Made by a program: the position numbers and the translations under genes. The notes below the pieces were generated by a model. It saw nothing but the letters and a program-made list of their open reading frames with translations. It was not told where the DNA came from and did not search any database. This document shows positions 17,997-28,136 of a stretch of DNA of 64,000 bases, piece by piece. The stretch's first letter is position 1, and every line of letters begins with the position of its first letter. The stretch comes from Patescibacteria group bacterium (GTDB taxonomy: Bacteria > Patescibacteriota > Minisyncoccia > Ryanbacterales > GWA2-47-10b), in the NCBI GenBank assembly GCA_038064855.1, contig JBBTSE010000007.1:151699-215698 (forward strand). Direction: 5' to 3'.

Positions 17997-20051
17997 TCAT
18001 TCTTTCATCACTGTCGCATTACGAGAGGATATCCGTTTTTTAACGGCGCATCGAGGGCAATGACTTCCTTGTATACGATGGCTGCCCGACACCTGCCATT
18101 CATGATGACATGTCCCGCATATCCACCAGTACTTTGCATAACTACCAGCGACTACTTCAGTAGCGGGGAGTGCATTACGAGTCGAGTATTCTTTGGAAAG
18201 TTTTGGGTATGTAACTGCAAGATTGTTGGTTGTGGTTACAATTCGGTGGGTACACGAGGGACAACCAACACCTCGTGAACGACTAGCCCCTACAGCTTGC
18301 CATTCATGCATACACATTTGGCAAATCCACCAGAGTTTTTTGCTTGTACTGGCAATGACTTGAGTGGCAGGGATCAAGTTTCGCGAGGAGTATTCTTTGA
18401 CAAGTTCTGGGTTTGTAATAGTCAAGTTATTGAGGTGAGTTACTCGTTGGCGCGCACAAGAGGGACAGCCCTTACCTGCAACGCGGTCGGCTCCTCTCGT
18501 TTCCCACTCATAAGTGCACGATGCACATCTCCACCAAAGTTTTTTATTTGTCCCCGCAGTCACCGCTGTTACAGGAAGAATATTACGGATTGAATATTCC
18601 TTAGCAAGCTCTGAATGTGTGATCGCGAGATTATTTTTTTCTGTTACAACCTTGTTGGCACAAGAGGGGCACCCGCGACCCTGCATCCGTCTTGATCCCT
18701 GCGATTGCCATTCGTAGCTACATATGGAACATATCCATAGATACTTCATAGCCGATCCTGCAACAGCACGATCGGCGGGAATGGGATTACATGACGAGTA
18801 TTTCTTTAGAAGATACTCCACTTCTGACACACGAGCTGGTCGGACCCGGTCCATCAGCCTCAAGAGAGGAACAATCGTCTCCGTGAAGTTCACGGAATTG
18901 ACGTTGAGCATCATCGGCGAAGAGGTTGCTTGGTTCAAATCACCCCCTCCCCTACGCTGCAACGCCGCATCTTCAATTTGCCGCCACAACGTATGGACCA
19001 TCTTGATCCGTTCGCAGTTAGCGACAAAGTCGAGGGCAATGACCTTGTCTTTGCCATCACTCTTGCGAAGCCCACGGCCAAGCTGCTGAAGAAAAATAGT
19101 GTTCGAGGTTGTAGAGCGCAGGAAGACAACCATGTTTGCCTGTGGGATGTCGATGCCCTCATTGAAAGCGTTGACCGTCAGCACGGTACTGATGATACCT
19201 TGCCGGAACATTTCGAGTTTTACCGCACGCTCCCTGTCGGGGACCTTCGAGTGAATCGCGAAACTGTCCGGTATGAACTTGGCAAGGTGCTCACAATGTC
19301 GGATTGAATTGCAAAAAATCATTGTACGAGGATTCTGAAATCCCGCAGTGTGTCGCGCAATGATCTTTGCAATCTCCCCATCACGTCGTGGAATAAAAAC
19401 CTTGCGGTTAAGCTCCGCGAGTGAGACCCGACTCCCGTCTTCTGCCTTGAGTTCTTCAGATAGTACTATTTCATCCGTCAGTAACCGGTAGTCAACGGGG
19501 GTCACGAGTCCTCGTACTATCGCTTCTTCGAGCGGAAGGTAATACACTTCGTGCCCGAAGAGTTCGCGGATATCGAGCTGGTCGAGCCGATTGGGGGTTG
19601 CAGTGGCACCGAGAAGAAATTGCGGCCTAAAGTACTCGACTGTCGAGCGATAGGTGTCCGCTTGAGAGTGATGGCTTTCATCAACTACAATATAGGCAAA
19701 CTCTGTTGGATCAAACAGTTCTCTCGAGCGCTCCATGGTCTGGAATGAAGCAAAGAGAAAGTCAACATGATGTAGATGCTTTTCCTCGCCATGAAAGTAG
19801 CCATAGGTTCGTTCGGGACCATTGACGGCATGAAAAGTGGTCTTTGCTTGGTAGAGGATGTCATTGTTGTGACAAAGAAAGAGTACGCGACCCCCTCCCT
19901 GCCGTTCCCGGAATGCTTTTGCGTCAAAAGCCATGGTCACTGTCTTGCCAAGGCCACTTGCCATAACCACAAGGGCTCTTGTAAGACCAGTAGCCCGTAC
20001 GCTCTCTAATACATTGAGGCACTTGAGCTGGTAGGAATAGGGCTTATACAT
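17997..20051 (-). CDS. SF2 (DExH, ResIII-like) helicase fused to four tandem C-terminal zinc-ribbon modules
   Basis: Q-motif region KPYSYQ, Walker [22 protein letters not shown]. Four ~46-aa repeats follow, each with WW-C-x2-C-x-HEW ... G-x-GCP-x-C (resembling the probable zinc-ribbon DUF4379 family). Start trimmed to MYKPYSYQ, which has an AGGAG SD. Confidence 0.7.
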   Translation of the reverse strand: MYKPYSYQLKCLNVLESVRATGLTRALVVMASGLGKTVTMAFDAKAFRERQGGGRVLFLCHNNDILYQAKTTFHAVNGPERTYGYFHGEEKHLHHVDFLFASFQTMERSRELFDPTEFAYIVVDESHHSQADTYRSTVEYFRPQFLLGATATPNRLDQLDIRELFGHEVYYLPLEEAIVRGLVTPVDYRLLTDEIVLSEELKAEDGSRVSLAELNRKVFIPRRDGEIAKIIARHTAGFQNPRTMIFCNSIRHCEHLAKFIPDSFAIHSKVPDRERAVKLEMFRQGIISTVLTVNAFNEGIDIPQANMVVFLRSTTSNTIFLQQLGRGLRKSDGKDKVIALDFVANCERIKMVHTLWRQIEDAALQRRGGGDLNQATSSPMMLNVNSVNFTETIVPLLRLMDRVRPARVSEVEYLLKKYSSCNPIPADRAVAGSAMKYLWICSICSYEWQSQGSRRMQGRGCPSCANKVVTEKNNLAITHSELAKEYSIRNILPVTAVTAGTNKKLWWRCASCTYEWETRGADRVAGKGCPSCARQRVTHLNNLTITNPELVKEYSSRNLIPATQVIASTSKKLWWICQMCMHEWQAVGASRSRGVGCPSCTHRIVTTTNNLAVTYPKLSKEYSTRNALPATEVVAGSYAKYWWICGTCHHEWQVSGSHRIQGSHCPRCAVKKRISSRNATVMKE
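18060..18720 (-). repeat. four tandem ~138-bp coding repeats (zinc-ribbon modules of the helicase)
   Basis: Repeated peptide unit EYS-RN-LPA--V-AGS-KK-WW-C--C-HEW---G--R--G-GCP-C read four times in the ORF. Confidence 0.7.
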
Positions 20052-20121
20052 CCGTCGTATCTCCTTTCTGTCTTTTGCGACAGTAATTTTTCGAGGATCG
20101 TCTATGCGCAAGCAAAACATA

Positions 20122-20149
20122 TTGACAATGTATTGTCAATGCTCTAGAG
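20122..20149. promoter_or_regulatory. divergent promoter region with 8-bp-arm inverted repeat TTGACAAT-GT-ATTGTCAA; putative sigma-gene promoter TTGACA-17 nt-TAGAGT
   Basis: Inverted repeat at ~20122-20139 places TTGACA on both strands between the divergent helicase and sigma genes. Confidence 0.45.
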
Positions 20150-20202
20150 TCCTTACTGGGAGTTCTTATTTTTGTCCAACCTTAAAAAGGGAGGGAGATG
20201 TC

Positions 20203-21528
20203 ATGGAAGAAACAATAGAGGGTATCAACCAAACGCTCCCTGCCGATCTTCGGTCACGGGGGCTCAAACTGGTAGGCATCGAGCTGCTGCAAGCAGCATT
20301 TTTGCGTGGTAAAATCTCGACTCATGAGATTGCACAGCTCATTCCAAAGGAAACCGAACGCGACCGCGAACGCCTTACCGAAACTATCAGCTGGCTTGGC
20401 CAGCTCCTTCGGTCAAATGGAGTACAGCTAGTCACTGATAAAGACGCGCCCGCGTACCATGATCAATATCCGACTCGAAAAAAAGAGCCTAAAAAGTTCC
20501 GCAAAGTTCAAGATGGTACGGAACTCCCTGGTACTTATAAGGGGTTGCCAATCGCACCGGAACACCTTAATGAAGAATCCAGTCTGGACGAGTATTATGA
20601 TGTTCTCGGTCAATACTACTCCGAAATGCGTCGCTATCCTTTGCTCTCTTTCGAAGAGGAGCGGGAACTTGGTAGGCGCATTTTTGAGGAAAGCGATCTT
20701 GATGCACGCAATGGGCTTGTTGAGCACAACCTGCGGCTCGTCAGATGGGTTGCCTCTCGCTACATGTGGAGTAACTTGTCGCTTGAGGATCTCATTCAAG
20801 AAGGCAACGCTGGTCTTATCATTGCAGCGGGAAAGTTCGACTATCGCCGCGGACGCTTCACCACCTACGCGGTATGGTGGATCCGACAATCAATTTCCCG
20901 TGCGATCCAAGATCAGTCGAGAACCATACGCCTCCCTATTCATATTCAAGAGCTGGATCATCAGATCCGCGAAGTCTCACAGCGGATCGCCGAAGAAATG
21001 GGTCGTATCCCAACCGCGGAAGAGATCTCATGTGCTGCCGAGCTACCGGTGGACAAAGTCAGTCGAGCGCTCATCAGAATGCGCATCGAAACAATCTCGC
21101 TTGATGATGTAATCAATATGGATGGTCATCGCGGTAAGAACGAGGATAACGAACCAACATTGGGTGAAAGCCTTCCCGACGAGCAAATCCTGAACCACGA
21201 GCTCTACATCGAGGCATCCGAAGAACTCGAAACTGCCCGTAAAAAGATCAATGAGACTCTCCGACAAATTACTGATAAGTTGTCACTCTCAGAACGCGAT
21301 GTCAGGCTCTTCAACATTTTCTATGGCTTTGACGGTTCCGGAGGACATCGCACCCTAGAAGCCTCTGGGCAACATTTCGGAATCACCCGTGAGCGTGTCC
21401 GTCAAATCATCAACGCAATCTGGCAGAAAGTTGATGATCAAGGCGGTGACATGGATCACAATCACTTGCTTGAGGAACTTGACCGAATCGATGAACTGGA
21501 AAAAATCGTTGTGCCAGCGACGATCTAA
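20203..21528 (+). CDS. RNA polymerase sigma factor, sigma-70 family (RpoD-like, regions 1.2-4)
   Basis: Region 2 [51 protein letters not shown]; region 4 [13 protein letters not shown]; start at ATG 20203 after a GGAGGG SD. Confidence 0.85.
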   Translation: MEETIEGINQTLPADLRSRGLKLVGIELLQAAFLRGKISTHEIAQLIPKETERDRERLTETISWLGQLLRSNGVQLVTDKDAPAYHDQYPTRKKEPKKFRKVQDGTELPGTYKGLPIAPEHLNEESSLDEYYDVLGQYYSEMRRYPLLSFEEERELGRRIFEESDLDARNGLVEHNLRLVRWVASRYMWSNLSLEDLIQEGNAGLIIAAGKFDYRRGRFTTYAVWWIRQSISRAIQDQSRTIRLPIHIQELDHQIREVSQRIAEEMGRIPTAEEISCAAELPVDKVSRALIRMRIETISLDDVINMDGHRGKNEDNEPTLGESLPDEQILNHELYIEASEELETARKKINETLRQITDKLSLSERDVRLFNIFYGFDGSGGHRTLEASGQHFGITRERVRQIINAIWQKVDDQGGDMDHNHLLEELDRIDELEKIVVPATI

Positions 21529-21533
21529 CACTA

Positions 21534-21566
21534 GGGGTTGCCTACAAGGCAACCCCTTTTCTTTTT
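21534..21566 (+). terminator. Rho-independent terminator after the sigma factor gene
   Basis: GGGGTTGCC-TACAA-GGCAACCCC hairpin followed by TTTTCTTTTT. Confidence 0.7.
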
Positions 21567-21573
21567 ATATTTA

Positions 21574-22608
21574 TCAATTTATAACCCCGCCACCTAAAAG
21601 CTCACCTTTGCTATAAAAAACAACTGACTGGCCGGGGGCAATTGCCCGCTGTGGACTATCAAAAATAACACGCCCGTCTTCGACGAGGCATCGCGCCAAA
21701 GGCGCTCGATAACGAATGCGGGCTTCGCATTCAAACGGAAAAACTGCCGGCGCCTTGAGCCAATTGGCGCCCTGATACATAATCTCTTTTTTGTAGAGCG
21801 CGGGATCGGTATCACTTTGCGCAACGGTAAGCGTACCCGTAGCGGCGTCTTTTGCGGCCACGTAGTACGGCTCGCCCGATCCGCCAGGGGTGCCAATACC
21901 GTGACGCTGACCGATTGTAAAAAGCTCCAAGCCATCATGCTCGCCTATTTTTTTGCCGTCAGCCGTACGAATCTCACCTCGGGTGGTCTCGATATGCTCG
22001 CGCAAAAAATCAGCGATACTCCCTTTACCTACAAAGCAAATGCCCTGCGAATCTTTTTTAGACGCGGTGGGCAAATTGTATTTCTCGGCGATTTTGCGTA
22101 CTTCGGGCTTGGTATATTCGCCTACCGGAAAGAGTGAGTGCGTGACAATCTCTGGTGTGAGCGCCCACAAAAAATATGTTTGATCTTTATTGGTATCTTT
22201 TGCTACCAAAAGTCTATCGCCATCACGGCGAATGTAGTGACCAGTCGCGATGTAGTCAGCGCCTTGTTCGCGCGCCCAGTCATAGAACAATCCGAACTTG
22301 ATCTCGCGATTGCACATCACATCAGGATTTGGCGTGCGACCAGCTTTGTATTCGGCAATAAGATACGCTACTACTTTTTCATAATATTTGCGTGAGAAAT
22401 CTAAAACACGAAACGGAATATCTAACATACCCGCGACACGCGCGGCATCTTGGCGGTCTTCTTTCCAGGTACACTCAAAATGCGGGTTTTGCCAACCCTG
22501 CATAAAAACACCATGTACATCATAACCCTGTTCTTTGAGGAGGGCTGCTGCTACCGAAGAATCAACGCCGCCCGACATGCCTACAAAGATCTTTTTCTTT
22601 TTCTCCAT
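21574..22608 (-). CDS. mnmA: tRNA-specific 2-thiouridylase MnmA
   Basis: PP-loop SGGVDSSV and MnmA-like sequence throughout. Confidence 0.9.
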   Translation of the reverse strand: MEKKKKIFVGMSGGVDSSVAAALLKEQGYDVHGVFMQGWQNPHFECTWKEDRQDAARVAGMLDIPFRVLDFSRKYYEKVVAYLIAEYKAGRTPNPDVMCNREIKFGLFYDWAREQGADYIATGHYIRRDGDRLLVAKDTNKDQTYFLWALTPEIVTHSLFPVGEYTKPEVRKIAEKYNLPTASKKDSQGICFVGKGSIADFLREHIETTRGEIRTADGKKIGEHDGLELFTIGQRHGIGTPGGSGEPYYVAAKDAATGTLTVAQSDTDPALYKKEIMYQGANWLKAPAVFPFECEARIRYRAPLARCLVEDGRVIFDSPQRAIAPGQSVVFYSKGELLGGGVIN

Positions 22609-22634
22609 AGCGCGCGTACTATACCACGGAATCG

Positions 22635-23588
22635 CTATTTGAGATAGAGAGCTTTGTTTTTCTTATGCTCATCGAATGTGCGAGCGTAATGGGTTGTGCC
22701 GTCACTCCCTGACAAGTAAAAAAAGTATGGAGATTCTACCGGATGAATTGCTGCCTTGATAGATTCGATGCCGGGATTTGAGATGGGTGTGGGCGGCAAC
22801 CCTTTGTGCTCATAGGTATTGTAAGGCGATGCGTTCTCGAGATCTTTTTTATCGAGTTCATGGCTTGCTTTACCGGTCACATAAAAAAGCGTCGCATCAA
22901 CCTGCAATGGCATACCTTCACGCATGCGCTTCCACAAAATGCCTGCTACGAGCACCTTATCACGCGGCGTACGCACCTCCCGCTCGATGATCGATGCCAT
23001 AGTAATGATGTCTTGCTGCGAATGGCCATTCGCCCTGATATCCGCTTCAAATGGTTTTATTTTTTCCTGAAATTCTTTGTACATCACGTCAACAATCTCT
23101 TCTGCTGACGCGGACTCAAAGAACCGATACGTATCGGGGAACAAAAAACCTTCGCGCGCCATGGCGATCACTTCAAAGCGTAATCCTGCCGGCATACCAG
23201 CCGACGAAAGAGTAGACGCGATATCACGCACCGTTGACCCTTCGGTGACGAGGACAGCACGCTCACTTTTTTGCGCAAGCAAATTCTCAAGTACCGTAAA
23301 TGTGGAATTTGCTCCAATAAATTCAAATGATCCCGCGCCCAAACGGTTTTGTCTGCCTGATACATACGCTGCCCACACAAAAAAGATACGCGAACGAATA
23401 ACGCCCGCTCCTTTGAGGCGCGCGCCGATCTGCTCGGCGTTCATACCACGCTCAATACGAACGACGGGTTGACTTGGTGTTGGCGGAAATATTACTCCAA
23501 AACCCCATCCTATAACCAAAAAAAGCGCCAAGAGCACCCCTCCTACAATCTGCGTGATGCGCAATTTCGTCATCATAAAATACCCCAA
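22635..23588 (-). CDS. mltG: endolytic murein transglycosylase MltG (YceG-like)
   Basis: N-terminal TM anchor; YceG domain with YNTYEHKGLPPTPISNP motif. Confidence 0.85.
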   Translation of the reverse strand: MGYFMMTKLRITQIVGGVLLALFLVIGWGFGVIFPPTPSQPVVRIERGMNAEQIGARLKGAGVIRSRIFFVWAAYVSGRQNRLGAGSFEFIGANSTFTVLENLLAQKSERAVLVTEGSTVRDIASTLSSAGMPAGLRFEVIAMAREGFLFPDTYRFFESASAEEIVDVMYKEFQEKIKPFEADIRANGHSQQDIITMASIIEREVRTPRDKVLVAGILWKRMREGMPLQVDATLFYVTGKASHELDKKDLENASPYNTYEHKGLPPTPISNPGIESIKAAIHPVESPYFFYLSGSDGTTHYARTFDEHKKNKALYLK

Positions 23589-24919
23589 GTTTGTAGCTGG
23601 TCAGATTCGTGATACCACTTGACCCCAATATCGGTGCGATAAAACATATTTTGAAGACGCACATTTTTGATACGCTTGTATGCAAGCTGGCGAGCTTCCT
23701 CTACCGTGTTGCTCGCAGCCGTCACCACCAACGCATAACCTGAATCGCCCGCCAAGTGCCAGTCACCGTCAACCAGCTTTACATCACCAAGACGCACACC
23801 TTCGAGGTTCGGCTTTTTGAAAAGTATCGAAATGTCCTTATAGATAGCTGCTTCGCGCTTGTCATCATAGGGAAACGGCGGTACTGCGATGATCACACCT
23901 ATCTGAAAGCCTTTTTTGGTTTTAATGTCATAGGGTTCGCCCTTCGCCATCATGTACAGAAATTCGCCCATGGGACTCATGATACCCTCCATCTGGATAC
24001 TGATAGTAGGATAACCAAAGCGACAGGTAAACTCAAGGGGATAAATGCCACGCGCGTTTGCAATACAATTGATATCAATATAACCACAATAGCCACTCTC
24101 TTTGAGCTTGTCGCGCATCTTCTCAAGTGTGACGCGAAACGCGTTGTTCGGCGCAGACCAAAACATCAGGGTGCCCATCTCACCGGTATACGGACCAATA
24201 TCGCCGGGAAAAAGTTTTTTGTGTTCAAAATTTACATTGATGGGATAGAGAAAGTCGTTGCCATTGAAAAATGCTCCCACTGCAATTTCCACGCCCTCGG
24301 CAACTTTTTGAAGCTGAAAACGCTTGATACGCTTGCCCCATGTTTTTTTATTGTGTTCGAGGACTTCGATGATATCTTTACCATCTTCTTCGTGACCAAT
24401 AAACAAAATACCTTTCTGATCAGACGGCACGCTGCCTGATGGCTTGAAGACATATCTGCCAGGATTTTGTTTGATATGCTCAATAGCTGCGTCAAATTCA
24501 GTAAAATCCCAGTGGGGCAAAATGTTCATACCTACTGATTTCATCTCGTTTTGACCGAATTCGCGATCTTCTTCGAGCATGTCAGTATAGATACTGCCGC
24601 CAACGACATATTTACCTTCCTTACGCAAGGAATCTGCTATTTTGCCAAAGCCGGTGTCATCACAAATAATAACATCCGCCCAATCTTTATGAGCTTTCCA
24701 ATCATCCACTTTCTCGAGAAATCCATCATAGACATCACGATCATCTTGACGATCAATATAACATTTGACTTCATTGCCTTCTTTGGCAACCTGCCATGCT
24801 AAATCTCCCGACAAACTTTCCCACGAGATAAAAAGGAATTTTCTGGAAATTTTTTCAGCAGCACCGTTACTGTTTCCATTTCCGTTGCCATTCCCATTCC
24901 CATTCGTTTTGGCATCCAT
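23573..24919 (-). CDS. ATP-grasp enzyme of the phosphoribosylamine--glycine ligase (PurD) family, with N-terminal (NG)n low-complexity tract
   Basis: YVFKPSGSVPSDQKGI, GPYTGEMG, EFTCRFGYP and FYRTDIG align with PurD motifs; N-terminus NGNGNGNGNGNSNG. Confidence 0.6.
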   Translation of the reverse strand: MDAKTNGNGNGNGNGNSNGAAEKISRKFLFISWESLSGDLAWQVAKEGNEVKCYIDRQDDRDVYDGFLEKVDDWKAHKDWADVIICDDTGFGKIADSLRKEGKYVVGGSIYTDMLEEDREFGQNEMKSVGMNILPHWDFTEFDAAIEHIKQNPGRYVFKPSGSVPSDQKGILFIGHEEDGKDIIEVLEHNKKTWGKRIKRFQLQKVAEGVEIAVGAFFNGNDFLYPINVNFEHKKLFPGDIGPYTGEMGTLMFWSAPNNAFRVTLEKMRDKLKESGYCGYIDINCIANARGIYPLEFTCRFGYPTISIQMEGIMSPMGEFLYMMAKGEPYDIKTKKGFQIGVIIAVPPFPYDDKREAAIYKDISILFKKPNLEGVRLGDVKLVDGDWHLAGDSGYALVVTAASNTVEEARQLAYKRIKNVRLQNMFYRTDIGVKWYHESDQLQTWGIL

Positions 24920-24973
24920 TACATTTTTATTGTAGAAGGTACGAAAAAAATGTAAAGCATTTTTGGTGCGTAA

Positions 24974-25573
24974 TTATTTTTTTATGCGAAAAATTAATAT
25001 ATCGCTACCTGATCCCGCGTTGAACTTGCCTACGAATCGCGCGCCCGCATCTCTAAATATCTTTTGATACTCTTTTTGTGTAAACGCAGTGATGCGCAAT
25101 GAATCTGGGTTGAGTTTTTGAGATCCTTGAAACGAGTGCTTATATGGATTGGCAAAGAAAATATAATCTCGTGACGCGCGTACGAGTATACGCGCCGCTT
25201 TTTTGTTTTCTTCCAGCGTTAAATACTCAAAAACATCAAAACAGATAATAGCGTCGTACGCACGAGGAGCAATTGGTACGTCAAGAAGGCTTCCTTTAGT
25301 GATATATTTTTTGACTGATGGCAACGCGCGAGTAAGCGCGTAGTGAGAAAACTCAATCCCCTCGACCGCAATCTTGTGAGATCTATGCAACTCGTCCATC
25401 AAATATCCTTCAGCGCATCCGACATCGAGTATCTGTGGTTTTTTACTGTTTTTGATATACGAAAAAATTTTGCGCGCCGTGGGGCGCGTCCAGCTCAAAA
25501 CATCCTCTTTATATGAATCGTAACTACCCGAAGAAAAATACTTGCGGTCAAACTGTTTTGCGGGCTGAGCCAT
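24974..25573 (-). CDS. class I SAM-dependent methyltransferase
   Basis: Motif I ILDVGCAEG; motif post-I and II (AYDAIICFDVFEYL). Confidence 0.75.
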   Translation of the reverse strand: MAQPAKQFDRKYFSSGSYDSYKEDVLSWTRPTARKIFSYIKNSKKPQILDVGCAEGYLMDELHRSHKIAVEGIEFSHYALTRALPSVKKYITKGSLLDVPIAPRAYDAIICFDVFEYLTLEENKKAARILVRASRDYIFFANPYKHSFQGSQKLNPDSLRITAFTQKEYQKIFRDAGARFVGKFNAGSGSDILIFRIKK

Positions 25574-25585
25574 TTCAAATCTGTA

Positions 25586-27376
25586 CTATCCGCGACGAGC
25601 AAGGTGCTCACCAAGATCTTTAAGCATCAGCGCATCGCTAGGTGTGTCAAGACGGGCCGCGATATTTTTTGCTTCTTTGAGATCTGACTCGGCGCTTGCG
25701 TACATCTGCAGTAACTCGCGTCCTAATGGCATCATATATGCCCCCCAATCTTCGCGAAGTTTAAACTCATCAATAGAGACGGCATCGCCGGTCTTTATAA
25801 AAACATTCTTTTCCGCAAGAACACCGAGACGCGCTGACGCTCCTAACCAATATGGATAATCCTCACCGTCGGGATTCCCGTCATAGTAATTAACCAAATC
25901 ATCACCCAGCATGGCGAGGTTCATGGCTTCTTGAGCTTGATCGCCAAAACGCTGCCGGGCTTCTTTTTGCATGACTTTGGTAAAAACGATGCGCGCGAGC
26001 GTATCAGACTTTGATTCGGCAAATGTATCGTTGAGATCACCGAGGCGTTTTGCCGATTTGCTTTCGTCAGAATAAATCCTATGAACAAACTCATGAAAAA
26101 ATGACAACATATTCATCAAATCACCAAACGATCGATCCTCGACCACTTCGCGGAGCTCTGCTGGTACTAACTTTTTAATTTTTTCCATCGCCGGCTTGGT
26201 ATATTCACGCCATTGAGCATTTTCGATCAACAAGTTCCAGTTACGATCCTCTCCATCTTGGGCAACGCCGCGAAACTTCATATTGATACCAAGTGCTGCA
26301 AGATCGTTGCCAACGATAGCACGACTTTCCGCGATAACAGCGAGATCCTCTTTTTTAATAAGATCGGGGAACGATTTGCCCAGAGCATCGGAAAAGTCGC
26401 CACGAAGACCTTCTACGGTTGCGGAAATACCGCGCTCGCGAGCCGTTTGCCATACAATGCGTATTTCAGGATCAAAGCCAAGATTTTTTACCTCAACATC
26501 GTCACTGAGCATAGAACCGCTTTGTGGCATGAGTATCAAAGGAAATTCTGGGTGGGCTTTATAAAAATCGAGAAATAAATCGTAGGTCTCTTTTACAAGA
26601 CGATCTCGATACACGGCAGAATATGCCTCGCCTTCCTTATTAAACGGACGATAAGCGCCCTGAAGCGTATCGAGGTATCCCAAAAATTCTTCTCCCGTAT
26701 CTCCGAAGTCTTTGAGCCACGCTGATTCGGCAAAACGAGTCTTCATATCTTCAAGAGCGCTATTCATACGCGCGTGTTCGCGTACCGCGTCTATAGGTCG
26801 GTTCTCTCTGCCTTCACCGCCAAGCGCTCGAGCCCAGAGGCGTACATATTCCGCGTTGGATGCCGTCAATCTTGGTATCGCGTCCGCGATAATATCACGC
26901 ACATCAGTATCCATACCAAAGCGCTCCAAGTCTTCAGGCGCGAGACCTTTGAGTGCCTCGCTCATCGTCGCGGCACACGCGCGCTCGGATACCAGACTAA
27001 GCCCCAAAGTAGTCTTGGTCATAGCTGCGTCTTTAAGATCAATACTCGAATAGTTGCGCCCAGTCACCGCTTCTGTAAACTTTTCTTCAGAGCCACTCCA
27101 CGCCGTATCTTTTAAAACCTCAGGGATATACATAGCAGTACGGTCATACACCTCGTCTTGCACGCTTCGCACAAGTTCATTGACGGTCTCTGGGTGGTCA
27201 GCCAAAGGGATATCTTTTCTCAGTTTTCGATAATATTCACGCGCAAATTGAAAAACTGGATCCCACGCGCGTAACGATTCTTCTTCGGTCTCCCCCTCGA
27301 ATACTTTTGGCCGCTCGGTGACCGCGGGAGGGTGGCCATGAGACTCGTCTGGCAAATAGGGCGCTGACTCTTTCAT
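25586..27376 (-). CDS. large soluble protein with HExxH motif (putative metallo-hydrolase-like, unknown family)
   Basis: 596 aa after trimming the start to MKESAPYL, whose ATG overlaps the SET gene stop as ATGA; FFHEFVHRIY motif; no TM. Confidence 0.4.
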   Translation of the reverse strand: MKESAPYLPDESHGHPPAVTERPKVFEGETEEESLRAWDPVFQFAREYYRKLRKDIPLADHPETVNELVRSVQDEVYDRTAMYIPEVLKDTAWSGSEEKFTEAVTGRNYSSIDLKDAAMTKTTLGLSLVSERACAATMSEALKGLAPEDLERFGMDTDVRDIIADAIPRLTASNAEYVRLWARALGGEGRENRPIDAVREHARMNSALEDMKTRFAESAWLKDFGDTGEEFLGYLDTLQGAYRPFNKEGEAYSAVYRDRLVKETYDLFLDFYKAHPEFPLILMPQSGSMLSDDVEVKNLGFDPEIRIVWQTARERGISATVEGLRGDFSDALGKSFPDLIKKEDLAVIAESRAIVGNDLAALGINMKFRGVAQDGEDRNWNLLIENAQWREYTKPAMEKIKKLVPAELREVVEDRSFGDLMNMLSFFHEFVHRIYSDESKSAKRLGDLNDTFAESKSDTLARIVFTKVMQKEARQRFGDQAQEAMNLAMLGDDLVNYYDGNPDGEDYPYWLGASARLGVLAEKNVFIKTGDAVSIDEFKLREDWGAYMMPLGRELLQMYASAESDLKEAKNIAARLDTPSDALMLKDLGEHLARRG

Positions 27377-28107
27377 GAGGAAACTATAACACGCAATTCT
27401 TTGCCAACGATAGCGAGCACGGTAATACCGCGTGCTGGTATCTTGCACGGCCTGCCCTCTTGGCGAATACAAGCGCGGATAGCAGCAAGCGTTGGTTTGC
27501 CGGTTAGCTTATACGCAGGTTTGCCTCGAACGGCAAAAAGCTGATAAATCTCATGATCATTGATATTTTTTGGATACGAAGCGAGTGGTTCAAGTTTTTT
27601 ACCAACTTCAAAAATGTATCTCCCGTAGCGGCCTTTTTGCTTGGCGAGTGCGGCGCGCTCAAAAGCAAAAAAGGCGTTGAGTTCTGGGTCTGAACAGTGA
27701 AGTGACCCCCTGCATGACGGAAACCCGCACATACAAATATGCCTACACGGATTACATTCTTCGTCGGGCTGACCAATAGTGTATGAGACGGCGAGCTCCT
27801 CGCCTCGAAAAATCTTACGACGGGCAAAATATACCGTATGATCGCCCAATGGATACATACCGCAATTTGGCTCGCACGAGTGATTGATAAGATGAATACC
27901 ACTTTCTGTTGGATTGGCGAGGATTGAAAGTTGATCATTTAAGAGCATGGCGTAGAGCCCCTGTTCTTCTTCGTGAACATCTTCGTTAGGGACAATCATA
28001 CCGAGATAGTCGCCAATGATAGTACCGGCGGGAATATCACGCGTAGCAAAAACACCCTTGCCCTTATCAGGCAGCGTACGAACTTCAAAGTCTTTAATCA
28101 AAAGCAT
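27373..28107 (-). CDS. SET-domain protein (putative protein-lysine N-methyltransferase) with Cys-rich post-SET region
   Basis: GKGVFATRDIPAGTIIGDY, NHSCEPNC, ELAVSY; CNPCRHICMCGFPSCRG. Confidence 0.75.
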   Translation of the reverse strand: MLLIKDFEVRTLPDKGKGVFATRDIPAGTIIGDYLGMIVPNEDVHEEEQGLYAMLLNDQLSILANPTESGIHLINHSCEPNCGMYPLGDHTVYFARRKIFRGEELAVSYTIGQPDEECNPCRHICMCGFPSCRGSLHCSDPELNAFFAFERAALAKQKGRYGRYIFEVGKKLEPLASYPKNINDHEIYQLFAVRGKPAYKLTGKPTLAAIRACIRQEGRPCKIPARGITVLAIVGKELRVIVSS

Positions 28108-28136
28108 ACGGAGATCAGTACGGTCGTATCTATAAC

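Noticed and set aside
20128-20148. Shared 10-12 nt (TATTgTCAATGCT) between the sigma/helicase intergenic region and 37291..37306
   Set aside because: An exact 10-mer match is expected by chance many times in 64 kb. No further extension of similarity.
23573-24919. Annotating the ATP-grasp gene simply as purD (purine biosynthesis)
   Set aside because: Motif similarity to PurD is real. But no other pur genes are in the window, and the gene is embedded in a methyltransferase/SET cassette with an atypical N-terminus. Function left open.
27373-27376. Possibility that TGA is recoded (as in some CPR/Gracilibacteria lineages), prompted by the domain-1-less RF1
   Set aside because: Several well-supported genes terminate at TGA with classic ATGA stop-start overlaps (SET/HExxH, paralog B/A, small TM/tkt-C) and proteins end at conserved C-termini. 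The standard code fits within this window.
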